A stretch of DNA of 64,000 nt. Source: Myxococcota bacterium (GTDB lineage Bacteria > Myxococcota_A > UBA9042). Positions 10,701 through 19,122 of the stretch are shown here, in pieces. Where the stretch lies: positions 167 to 64,166 of the forward strand of contig CAXNCS010000007.1 in assembly GCA_964201005.1 (NCBI GenBank). Reading direction: 5' to 3'. The translations under genes and the position numbers were made by a program. Under the pieces are notes generated by a model. It did not search any database, was not told the origin of the DNA, and worked only from the letters and a program-made list of their open reading frames with translations. Numbering within the stretch: position 1 is the first letter of the stretch; each line of letters begins with the position of its first letter.

Positions 10701-11004
10701 CCAGGCAGGACTTCTCAGGCGTGAGACCCGGCAGCATGGGGATGGTCAGCCCCGCCGGGTAGTCGGGGTGGCACACCGGCAGTGCCAAGGTCTGCGCAAG
10801 GCCGGGGACTGGCAGCCACGCATCGGCTGGCTTGCCATCGTCGACAAAGGCCTGCCGCCGAAACACGTAAAACCCGCCCCACGGAAGGCCCAATTCGGGT
10901 GAGACCGCCCAGCGGAGGTGTACGCCCTTGGCCAAAGGCGTGGCGCCCTCACCCTGGCAATCGCCCAGAGCCGCTAGTGCGGACAGGTGGAGCATCATGC
11001 CCAT
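7771..11004 (-). CDS. 1077-aa beta-rich (fibronectin type III-like) hypothetical protein
   Basis: GAGGGG RBS. N-terminal GVHLRWAVSPELGLPWGGFYVFRR. FN3-like motifs YVDGQLPEGWFAWSVRAMDWFGRVS, DKSPPPAP and YRVETWDAAGN. No signal peptide. Confidence 0.85.
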   Translation of the reverse strand: MGMMLHLSALAALGDCQGEGATPLAKGVHLRWAVSPELGLPWGGFYVFRRQAFVDDGKPADAWLPVPGLAQTLALPVCHPDYPAGLTIPMLPGLTPEKSCLEYGKARVSAPGKEDLPGGFSNLYTTLQELVKGGPTSTPMADRMLEAQPAESAKPDSPQLAEQPLLSLVLLGAVYPHYAQFLGLYAIDSSAQSGQCYDYMVVADFDNAFGPSIGMAIMWANSDKTNQPSVLFRIASGVQASFSAALPPPHSVQVYKLPLTSLPVPSKPDQLIQAFAAAGLVWNAAHLQDVVGDPAPAPHLFRVQRGSFAAVPLADLLCAPKDFKPKWSSVNWKPLYSGNSWHLAPSTKQPVGQGTGQPADWPPLAMQYVDGQLPEGWFAWSVRAMDWFGRVSQGSTPAVWSAWSWLPKAKIPSGWFSQLPGIELGFAETQLHPSAMRVLDKSPPPAPSGLEVDAIDPLDPMVQQSQWFADNQMKVAAAGFSARVRWVWPWTAQREAPDLAEFRVYGRAGIGNTFHGFVKGLAGSQASDSSLLVATTLALPANTSAAALVGSALRLNQTAATITACESGTAGLLFQVTLPSNHGKGAVVAGDNCTLVLAPQSPAWRPPSDVTQSDWKRLAVVMAKTCELQFEVFRDGDGESFMGGIEQTLLDGYKLAGTQPLDAVYPGLWRLVVVHANANHELDIAGAQSFALTSVDPVTRIVRTDAEPKKKSGQARWYLGQAVQSYELLLPLGDLVPEPAAGTGMAWFEVAVTAADNKPHSLDWLKSGPLSNHGGNEGLAAGPLRGSRVRRSLPATAELVAGPKEVLASKPDVDGRSFHTVRWKAGPVAVRVLRASALAVFRADWDGAASAEFKGKYAGFGAAEAGWYEKLGVDEVIKLANSPAGVKAFVPVMAAPVPEAVCPDRIGPDSEAGYKADAGLRAYVDTLDGLVAGRWLYRVETWDAAGNAGVATPAGCLVKVVVEERPVAPVILRVYPGSPETRKALLKAIEADGVGELPSEGLKCVTVEWSGGEKLPLEIRLLVHGKQGESETVAIGTFGGVWTSPELPSCIVDVSLTVLGDGDSRSASQTITGVGIL

Positions 11005-11513
11005 CGCAACCCCTCAAAGCTGCGGCCGGCGATCCAGCTGTCATAGACGGCCTTGGGCGCAGACGCGGGCATGGGGACGGGAACAGGGGCCCCAGCGGCC
11101 CGCCGCCCCTCAGCTTGACTTGGGCCAAAACCCGCATTCTCCGTGGGAGCATATGCCGCAGCCAGACCTACACGAAGTGGATTGGGCGCCGCCCACCAGT
11201 CGCTCAGCAGCACCCCGGAGCTGAGGGCACGCCGTCCATCCCCAGCCGTCACCTCGACAAACAGTCCGGCTCCGCAGCGGCGGGCACGCGTACCAGTGAG
11301 TTCGTCTGGTCCAGGAAGGTCAGCACTCACGGCAAATTGGCCGAGCCCATCCGTGGATCCGCTCCCCCTGACCCGGCGCTGCTCACCGCCAAAGTCCGTG
11401 AGCAACACCTCAACGCGGGCGTGCGCCACCGGAATTGTCGCAGCATCTGAACTGCGAGCAGCAAAGCCCGCGCCGGTTGGACTCCATGCATTTCCGGTGA
11501 CGTCTACCCGCAT
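10995..11513 (-). CDS. Small hypothetical protein with a transthyretin/prealbumin-like (carboxypeptidase-regulatory-like) Ig fold
   Basis: AGGAGG RBS; PVAHARVEV...STDGLGQFAV pattern; overlaps the next start codon. Confidence 0.65.
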   Translation of the reverse strand: MRVDVTGNAWSPTGAGFAARSSDAATIPVAHARVEVLLTDFGGEQRRVRGSGSTDGLGQFAVSADLPGPDELTGTRARRCGAGLFVEVTAGDGRRALSSGVLLSDWWAAPNPLRVGLAAAYAPTENAGFGPSQAEGRRAAGAPVPVPMPASAPKAVYDSWIAGRSFEGLRWA

Positions 11514-11537
11514 TGACCGTTGCCTCCTGCCGAACCG

Positions 11538-11891
11538 CTAGCTGACGCGCTGGGCCTTGAAGTCCGCATCCTCAATGAGCGACGGCGCCGTTGTCGGCCG
11601 CTCGACAAATGCCTGCAACACCGGGACCCCAATCGACGCCGCGGCGATCGCTTGCCAGCGTTGGCAGATGATGTCGCCAATGTCGGCGCGGCGCAACACC
11701 AAAGCGCCGCCGCTCGGGGTGATGACCAGACCGTCGCCGACGGCGGCTTGCGGCGCGTTCGAGACGCTGTAGGTCGCAGTGGCGTGGGGCGAAAAGATCA
11801 GGGTTTGCCTGGTTTCCGAAGGCATCGCCACGTCTGTGGAGCTGGTGCCGACGGTGACGACTTGGATCAAGCTGTGAATTTTCTCTTGCAC
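11538..11891 (-). CDS. Small beta-rich protein, putative single-jelly-roll penton/minor capsid protein
   Basis: GTG start 9 bp after the upstream stop with an AGGGG RBS. VTVGTSSTDVAMPSETRQTLIFSP...YSVSN...GDGLVI...GDIICQRWQAIA resembles small ORFs next to DJR capsid genes in small circular viral elements (recalled). Confidence 0.55.
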   Translation of the reverse strand: MQEKIHSLIQVVTVGTSSTDVAMPSETRQTLIFSPHATATYSVSNAPQAAVGDGLVITPSGGALVLRRADIGDIICQRWQAIAAASIGVPVLQAFVERPTTAPSLIEDADFKAQRVS

Positions 11892-11900
11892 GGTTGCCCC

Positions 11901-12677
11901 CTACAGCTTGACGACGCGGAAGTAGACTTCGTGGTAGGCCGAAGCGCCCGAGCACAGGACTTCCACAGACGGTGGGGCAAAGGAGGCGAAGCGCGCGAAC
12001 ACGCCGAGCTGGCCGTCGTAGAACGCGGCGTGGGTGCGCTCCTGGGTGTTCGAGACAGACAGCGTACCTGGCCGGAAGGACTGACCGGGGCAAACCACGC
12101 GGGCGGCGACCGGATCGGCGCAGACGTGCTCAAAGCCGGTGATCGCCCAGTTGCCCTCAGGCAGAGTGACGTCGAACGCGAGGTTCGTCAACGTCGACCA
12201 CTCCCCAGCGGATGCCGCAGTCGTCGCAGTCGCGCGAATCCAGAACGCATCGCCGGGCGGCAACGGCTCAAAGCCATTGTTGAAGAACAAGACGCCCCAG
12301 ACGCCTACGGGCATAACGTCGGCGACTTGCCAAGCCACCTCGACGCTGAGCACTTCGTTGTTGGGGAAGCCAATGGGCCGATCAAGCAGCATCATCACAT
12401 TGGGGTCGGTATCGCCCGGCGCAGATGCCAACGGGCGGACGAAGGGCAGGGCGGTGCGCAGGAGCGACGGGGCATTGAGGCGCATGCGCGGATTCGCCGC
12501 TGTGCCAACAATGGGCACGCTCCCGAATGCCGCGACAAGTTGAGTTCCTGCAGGCACATACAGACCATCGCCGCTGGCGCGACTGAAGACACCATCTGGC
12601 ACGATGGCTACCGCGTTGTAGGCCACTGCAGGCACGACAGACTCGAAATAGGCGACCACATGGGTAAAGTTGGACAT
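11901..12677 (-). CDS. Putative double-jelly-roll major capsid protein homolog (258 aa)
   Basis: GGAG RBS and ATG at 12677. Two ~125-aa all-beta halves. Motifs PDxxxxxSGDxxxVP, RLxAPSL, PIxxxxNExLxVE, LPxGxWxxxG, RPG and GxLGxFxxFxxxxPPxVEVL match my recollection of DJR MCPs of small uncultured prokaryotic viruses. Confidence 0.65.
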   Translation of the reverse strand: MSNFTHVVAYFESVVPAVAYNAVAIVPDGVFSRASGDGLYVPAGTQLVAAFGSVPIVGTAANPRMRLNAPSLLRTALPFVRPLASAPGDTDPNVMMLLDRPIGFPNNEVLSVEVAWQVADVMPVGVWGVLFFNNGFEPLPPGDAFWIRATATTAASAGEWSTLTNLAFDVTLPEGNWAITGFEHVCADPVAARVVCPGQSFRPGTLSVSNTQERTHAAFYDGQLGVFARFASFAPPSVEVLCSGASAYHEVYFRVVKL

Positions 12678-12914
12678 GAGGACTCCACGGCGATCGCCAG
12701 TAAGCGGCGACAGGTGCAAGGTCAAACGCGCCAGAGCGCAATTGGGCAACGGGTGGTCCGCTGGGACAGCCGGAGGCGAGCTTTGTACGACAGACCCAGC
12801 TTGTGCGAAATGCGGCGACGCTGCAAGTGCCAAGCGCCGGACGCCGGCGACGCAGACAAGAACTGCGCATGGGCGCGTGGACCGTGCGCAGGGGTCATCT
12901 TCGGGGAAAAGTCG

Positions 12915-12945
12915 GTAAATAGCATGTAATTAAATATATTTATGC
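12915..12945 (-). promoter_or_regulatory. AT-rich putative promoter/operator upstream of the capsid-like operon
   Basis: Sharp AT-rich patch in GC-rich DNA containing the perfect palindrome TAAATATATTTA (12931-12942). Confidence 0.4.
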
Positions 12946-13150
12946 GCACAGTGGCATGGTGTGCCGGGGCCCGTGAGTTGCGATCGCGCAATGATCAGTG
13001 CGGGCCTCCAATGATGGCATATCTGTACAAGTGTCTGATGTCGCAATTGAATCGCGAACCAATGGCAGTAGGTCGCAAGTTTCTCAGTGCTACTGGTCCA
13101 CCACCTGGGCGATGCGTGCAGACCTGAGATTCTCCGACTCGACCCACCGC

Positions 13151-13567
13151 ATGGCCCACAGCCGCCGCCCCCAGGCGGAGCGGGTGCTGACCCTGGTGCG
13201 CGAGGGCGCCGTGGCTCCGCGCAAGCTCGCCAAAGTGCCGCTGGCAGGCTACGTGCCGGTGCGCGCGCAGCTGGCGGAGGCGCTGGAAAAGCGCGGTCTG
13301 CGCTGCGAAATGGATGTCGGCACCTCGCATTTCCGCGTGCCGCTGGCGGTGATTGACCCCCGCGATCCCGGCCGCTATGCCCTAGCGCTGTTCTGCGATG
13401 AGGGCGACGACGGCGCGGAGACCTTTGACCGCCACGTGCAGCGGCCGTTGGCTCTGCACGCCCGCGGTTGGAAGGTGCTGCGGCTGCACGCCCGCGAGTG
13501 GCAGCGCAAGCCAGAGGCGACCCTGCAGCGGGTGCTGGCGGCCCTGGGGCCGGTGGTGGGGCCTTAG
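13151..13567 (+). pseudogene. C-terminal remnant (Vsr/MTES_1575-like endonuclease domain) of a DUF4011-type SF1 helicase
   Basis: LAEALEKRGLRCEMDVGTSHFRVPLAVIDPRDPGRYALALFCD...RPLALHARGWKVLRLHAREW is typical of the C-terminal nuclease-like domain of these helicases. Codon usage changes abruptly near 13150 and there is no good RBS. Confidence 0.65.
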
Positions 13568-13639
13568 GCGGGGCTAGAGGAGGCGGCGCGGGCGGCGGCG
13601 TTTCCGGGTACGAGGGGGCCTCCGCGGCTGCGGCCGGCG

Positions 13640-13680
13640 GAGCTTTTCACAGTGTCAACGTTGACACTGTTCAATAGCTC
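13640..13680. repeat. Palindrome copy 1 (core ACAGTGTCAACGTTGACACTGT, 13649-13670)
   Basis: 22-bp perfect inverted repeat with imperfect GAGCT...AGCTC arms, located between convergent genes. Confidence 0.9.
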
Positions 13681-13709
13681 GGGGCTGCCGGCTAACGCGC
13701 ACGTTCACT

Positions 13710-14762
13710 TCATCCCGGCGGCTTGCCGAATTCCGCACTGTACTTGAGGTCTTCGCAGGTCGTCACGCACGTCGGCGGCTTGCCCGGGATGTTTTCAAGG
13801 CAGACGGGCTGGATCTTGATGCCAAATTGCTCAGGATTATTCCAACCCCAGCAGAGGCCGATGTTCATGTCTGGGCAGGTTTTGTACGGGAACCAGTAGC
13901 GGCAGTTGGGGCAGCAGGTTTTTAGGAAGGCGTATTTGTCCAGCATTCCTTGGACCCACGGTTGACCCGGGGCAGGCTTGGCTGTGAGGATCGTGGCGCA
14001 TTTTAGGATGGGCCCCATGGTCCCGCAACCTGTTGCCTCCGCAGCGTAGCTCTGCCCAGAACACGGCTTGAGATCCTCGATCATCGTGTCGATCGCGGAC
14101 GAACTCACCACCGCGCACACTCCCTGTCCTCCGGAGTCCTGGCAGGTCATGATGATCTTGCCAGGGACCTTTGCACAGCCCGCCGTTGGTTTAGCGCACT
14201 CTTCGAAGACCCACGCCTTTGTCCCATCCATGCTCGTGGTGCAGCGCATCAAATTTGGCTGAAGGCAATAGCCTGGATCAAGCGTCGATGCCGTCAGCGA
14301 CTTGATCCACTTCGACCCGACATCGGAACACCGCGTAACGCCTTCGGTTTCACACGGATCGCCGGGCTTGGGCGTGCTCATCTGCCCTTCGCCGCACGCG
14401 GTCGTTGGAGGGATCGGCGGGCCGACGACGGCGTCGCTGGTGTCGAAGGCATTGAGCACATCGACAGCGTCGACGCTTTCGCCCCCGTCCCCATCGGCGG
14501 CCGCGTCAACGTCCGTGCCATCCGCGTCTGTGTCCGCGCCGTCGTCGGCAATTACAGCGTCGCCCGCATCCGCGAGCGCGTCGCTGGCATCCACGGGCAG
14601 CTCGGTTCCCTGGCCGTCGCTGGGCTGCCCGTCCCCGTCGCTCACGCCCAACTCTTGGCCCTGGGTATCGGCGGCGGGTGCGGCCGCCTCGGGGTTGCAG
14701 GTGCTGCAGCCGGTCAGAGCTGCGAGGAGGGCCAGGATCGTCCACAGTAGGCAGCGCTTCAT
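13710..14762 (-). CDS. Cys-rich lipoprotein with an Asp/Ala-rich linker (350 aa)
   Basis: GGAGG RBS; ATGA overlap with the upstream gene; signal peptide MKRCLLWTILALLAALTGC; acidic low-complexity linker; Cys-rich C-terminal domain. Confidence 0.85.
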   Translation of the reverse strand: MKRCLLWTILALLAALTGCSTCNPEAAAPAADTQGQELGVSDGDGQPSDGQGTELPVDASDALADAGDAVIADDGADTDADGTDVDAAADGDGGESVDAVDVLNAFDTSDAVVGPPIPPTTACGEGQMSTPKPGDPCETEGVTRCSDVGSKWIKSLTASTLDPGYCLQPNLMRCTTSMDGTKAWVFEECAKPTAGCAKVPGKIIMTCQDSGGQGVCAVVSSSAIDTMIEDLKPCSGQSYAAEATGCGTMGPILKCATILTAKPAPGQPWVQGMLDKYAFLKTCCPNCRYWFPYKTCPDMNIGLCWGWNNPEQFGIKIQPVCLENIPGKPPTCVTTCEDLKYSAEFGKPPG

Positions 14763-17700
14763 GGCGTCACCTCCATACAGCCAGCCACCGGCTCCTGGTC
14801 CTCGTGGGTGCTCCAGAGCGCAATGTTGTCGAGGCGGCCGCGAAAACCGTTGCCGCCGCCGCCCACAGGGGTGCCGATCCAGACGTCGCCAGGCGGCGGT
14901 AGGTTCACCGCCGTCGGCAGGGTGCGCCGGAAGCACTCCGCAGGCGTGATCGCGGCAGGCTCGAACAGGCCTGAGACCAGGCCGCGCGCCTGGGTAGTAA
15001 TCCAGGCCAGATTCCCGTACTTGCTGGCGAAGTAGGCAAAGCGGTACCAGGTCTTCGGCTGCAGCGGCGTGGCCGACCAGACCTCGCCGATCACCCCCGG
15101 GATGTCGGCGACCAAGCGGACGCCAAACTGGCCCACCTCGCGGATCCGGATGCGGAAGGCATTGGAGGCAAACACGGTCTGCTCGGTGGTGCCCGGCTCG
15201 AAGCCGTGCCAGTACAGGTCGAAGTACAAGCTCTGGGCGTCGGTGGTGTCGATCGCGTTGAGCGGGCTACTGCCCGTGGCGGTGAGCTTGATCCACTGGT
15301 TGGTTGCGCCAACAGGGAAATCAGCCGACTCATGCTGGCGCCCTTGGCCTTTGCCGTAGGGCTGGTTGACCGGGACTGGAGTCGCGCACTGGCCTGTGGC
15401 GAAATCACATTGGTTAGTTGAGGCGATGCTGGGCCCGCAATGAGCGTTGCTCCAACAAGGACAAACCCCCAAATCCCCGACGCAAACTCCGCCAACGCAG
15501 GCCCCAGCCCCGCAGTCCGCCGCGCTCGTGCAGGTCGGCATTACACACGTCCCAGAGCCGCATTGCTGACCTAGCACGCACCGATTGCGTCGGTATTCCC
15601 CAGGCGTAGCAGCAAACCCAGCAGAAGCACTGACCGGCAGCACGCTCTGCGGCCAACCTGCGGCGTTGAACGGCTGGTTGTTATTGCCGTTGAACACGTC
15701 GCGATAAATCGCTACACCCGCAAAGCCAGTTGGATGATCCAACGACCGCGACAGCGCCACCACCTTGCCCCATTCGTCGACATCTTGCAGGACATCCTGA
15801 CCACATATTGGCGTCCCGGTCTGCGGCAAGAACGGCCCGCGGCTGAAGTCCGCGGCCACGGGTGTGGCGCTGAACACGTCATCTTGATTCCAATTGAACC
15901 AGCAGTTGCTCGGTTGATCACTGGCGCTGCACGTCGGGCCGCGGAACGCCGGTGCGCCGCTGCCTAGGCCAAATGGCGCACAGTTTCTGCCATCGCCGCT
16001 ATGGTCGTAACAGCGCAGATCGCGCGCGTATTTGACCGCCCCCCAGGCGTGACCCAGGCTTGCACCGGACCAGTTTAGCGTCAAGGTCTCAGGCAGCGCC
16101 TGTTCGCCCAGCACTGGCCCCAACCCTTTGGAGAAGGTGGCATATTCCAGTTCGCACACCCCGCCATAGAGAGGGACGCAATCATCAGCATACTCGGAGG
16201 TAGACACTGGGGCCTCGCTGCCAATGGGGAGCGCACCCAAAAAGCCGTAGTTCATCAGGCTGGGGACAGCAGGGTTGTTGGGCCCATTGTTGGGGGCGGG
16301 CGAATTCTGGCAACCTGGTGCGCCGTAAGGGGTACAATCACAACTCAAATCCGTGGAAGCGGGCGCACAGGTCGCAGTTGAGCACTGGCCGGCCGAGACC
16401 GCTGTGAAGCCGTTGCAGTCCACGTCGGGGCGGACCCAGTTGTCGTGGGGGTGGCTCAAGCCCAGCAGGTGCCCGACCTCGTGAGACAGCGGGCTGATGG
16501 CCTGGTCTATCCTTTCCTGTGCAGTGCCGGTGATATTCGTCGACACGAGCACGCCGCCGCCGGCTTGGCCCTGATTGGGCATCAGCAGGCCATAGCGACC
16601 GATGCGCAGCGCTCGCCACACGACGTCAAAGTGCGCATCAAAGTACGATCTTGCTGCAAGGGACCCTTGCCATTGCGCCTCATCCAGGGCCAATGTGTCG
16701 GGAAGATCGTGGACAACTCCCGGATAAGCGTGCATGCGAATCAGATACGGCAACTCCCGCTCCGGCGAGATCCAGCTTACATACGGCGGGGCTTCGCCAT
16801 CCCAGCGCCGCCACGGAGTATCGGTCCAAAACTTGTACAGCGGTTCAGCCTGTTCCGGGACCAATGCGTGGCTGGCTGGCTGGCCCTGGAGAAAATTGGC
16901 GCAGTGGGTCCCCACGCAATTCATCGCGTCCAGCTGGAGGAAGATGTCAAAGCGGTGCGGCTCTGGATCTGAGCGCGCCGACAGATTTTCGCCGACGCAC
17001 CAGGCGCTTGCACATCCGGGGGTGGCGTCAAACACCCCCAGCATGGTCGGCGCAGGAATGGTGCCGTCCGGCCCCACGGGGCCTGAGCTGAACTTGGCGG
17101 CCATCGCCCAAACCTCGGCCAAGTCTGCCATGCCGTCGTTGTCACTATCGCGTGCTGACCAACACCTGGCCGGCCCCACCGCATCGGTTGCTGGGACGGC
17201 GCAAGGTTGCGGCTGCGCGCAATTGTCTTGCGGATGCCATTCATTGACCCGAGTGTTCATCGCGTCTGCCCAGGCCTGGCAGCTGAGACCCGTCGCGCCC
17301 ATGTCGCCCCATGAGAGGTCTGAAACCAGATCACAGCTCCCGAGCACCCGCTCGAGCTCCCATGGCAGCCCATCGCCGTCGTTGTCTTGCTGCTCCGGGC
17401 AATCCCAGGCCCCACCAGGGCTGTGTACCCTCAGGTGCATCGCGCGGAGGTTCATCGACCGCACCACAACGTGGGTTGGGCTTTCCGCGACCCACGGGTA
17501 ATAAGGCCCTGCGAGCACGCGGGCCTGAGTGAGCGGCGCCTCAGCAGGGATATCCCCCATCACCAGCCGGCTCAGCAGCACGGAGTCATCGACGCTGCTG
17601 TACCACCAGGCGTCGTCGTTGCGCCAGTAGCTTCCGCAGTCGGCAGCCCCTGTCTGCCAGACGGTCGCGCGCGTGCTGAGCACCCAGGCAACGGAGTCGG

Positions 17701-18744
17701 CGTAATCGGGCTCGGCGGCCAGGCCTGGGTAGAACAAGTCGCCGTCTCTATCCCGCTCTTTGACCAAATCGCCAGTGTCCGGCGACTTGCCCACCAGCAG
17801 CACGTCGCCACGGCGCACCTCTTGGGGCAGGGCCTCAAAGCCGCCAAACACGGTCTGGTTGGCGATCACCTCCGCCCCGTCGTTCGCCTGCCAGGTGACC
17901 GTGGCCGTGCCTTGGCCCACGGGCGAGTACGCCGTGATAAGCGCGAAGTAGCTGCCGGCCGGCAGGTCGCTCACGCTGATCCGCGAATCATAGTCATGTG
18001 GCGTCGCGCTGTTGCCGTCGTCGTCGATGGCCACGATCGCGCCGCTGTCGCAGCCGGTAGGCGCGCAACGCAACAGGTAGATCAGCGTGTCCTGGTAGGT
18101 GCCGACCGACGGGTTGCCGGCTGGCGCGAGGTCGCTGGTGGTGACAACAACGCTGCTGCCAGCATCGAGCCATTGTGGCGCGGTGGCGGCTACGCGCAAG
18201 GCGTTGGGCGCGCTCCAGCTCAGGGCGCCAGGAACGGGGCAGACGCTGGCGGCGGTCGCGCCCAGTTCGACGCTGGCAAGGGATGTCTCGGCAGCCCCAG
18301 GGGCCTGTTCGGTGCACCAGGCCAAATGACTGACTTGAGCCTTCTTGGCTCCCGCAATATCGCCGCTGGCGCAGGCGGCGAGCGCGGAGTCTGCGGTCAT
18401 CGCGGCCTTGGCCGAGCCCTTGGGCGGCGCCTTGGCGCCCGCCCCTGCTTTGGTTGGCCCAAGGCTGCGGGGGCCAACCGCGGCGCCAAGCCGCGGCCTG
18501 GCCAGACCCAGCGGCGGCGCCACGGCGCCGGCAGTCTTGGAAGTGGCCAGCTGAGCGGCGGTCGGCTTCGCGACCGCGGCAGTGAGCGGCGGGGCTGGCG
18601 CAGGGCCTTGCTGGCCGGGCGGTCCAGCGCCAGCCAAGCTCGGCCAGGCGCCCGCAGCCGGCAGAGAGAAAAGCACAGTTAGAACGGAGTTACGGAGAGA
18701 GAGAGACTCCCTCGCCGGATTTGCGAGCTCCTTCGATCCATCAT
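14759..18744 (-). CDS. Large secreted metzincin metalloprotease (PPC/DVUA0089-like domain, Ca-binding DxDxDG motifs, Cys-rich repeats, C-terminal LamG); 5' end frameshifted at (TC)6
   Basis: HEVGHLLGLSH plus SLMNY Met-turn; DTLIYLL...DDDG; DNDGDG/DSDNDG; FRGRLDNIALW. The open frame starts at GTG 18676, but the strong AAGGGAGG RBS precedes ATG 18744, which is out of frame by one TC unit. Confidence 0.8.
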
Positions 18745-19036
18745 GGCAACCTCCCTTAAATCACCTCGCCCAAAAAGTTGAGGCCCGCTGGGTAGAAGAT
18801 CCTGGGCCCGGCTTACGAGTCCAGCTTCGCGCGCATGGCAAGCCAGGAGACACAGACTGCGACGAAGGCCCAACGGATGCAAGCCGTCGGTAGATTCCCA
18901 GTGTCATGGAACTGTCATGCTCTGCGGCAACGCCCAACCTTGCGCGATGGCCATGGAATTGCTGGCCGGTATCGACGATCACCCGCCAGACGGCGAGTCG
19001 CGCCAGGCCCGAGCGGGCCTCCGCGCCCGCGACCGG

Positions 19037-19082
19037 CCGAGCTTTTGAACAGTGTCAACGTTGACACTGTTCAAAAGCTCGG
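19037..19082. repeat. 46-bp perfect palindrome, copy 2
   Basis: CCGAGCTTTTGAACAGTGTCAAC|GTTGACACTGTTCAAAAGCTCGG with no loop. Confidence 0.95.
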
Positions 19083-19100
19083 GCGCTGCCGGCCCGCGCC

Positions 19101-19122
19101 GGAGTTTACGCGCGTAAACTCC
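19101..19122. repeat. 22-bp perfect palindrome GGAGTTTACGCGCGTAAACTCC
   Basis: Self-complementary sequence, 18 bp from the 46-bp palindrome. Confidence 0.9.

Noticed and set aside
12678-12833. 52-aa N-terminal extension of the capsid-like ORF given in the ORF track
   Set aside because: A GGAG RBS precedes ATG 12677 and the recognisable fold starts there.
11538-13150. Complete provirus
   Set aside because: No replication, packaging ATPase, integrase or att repeats are visible; only a capsid-like gene pair.
19037-19082. parS site or Rho-independent terminator
   Set aside because: The core TGTCAACGTTGACA differs from the parS consensus TGTTTCACGTGAAACA; there is no loop or trailing U-tract, and this copy lies in a divergent region.
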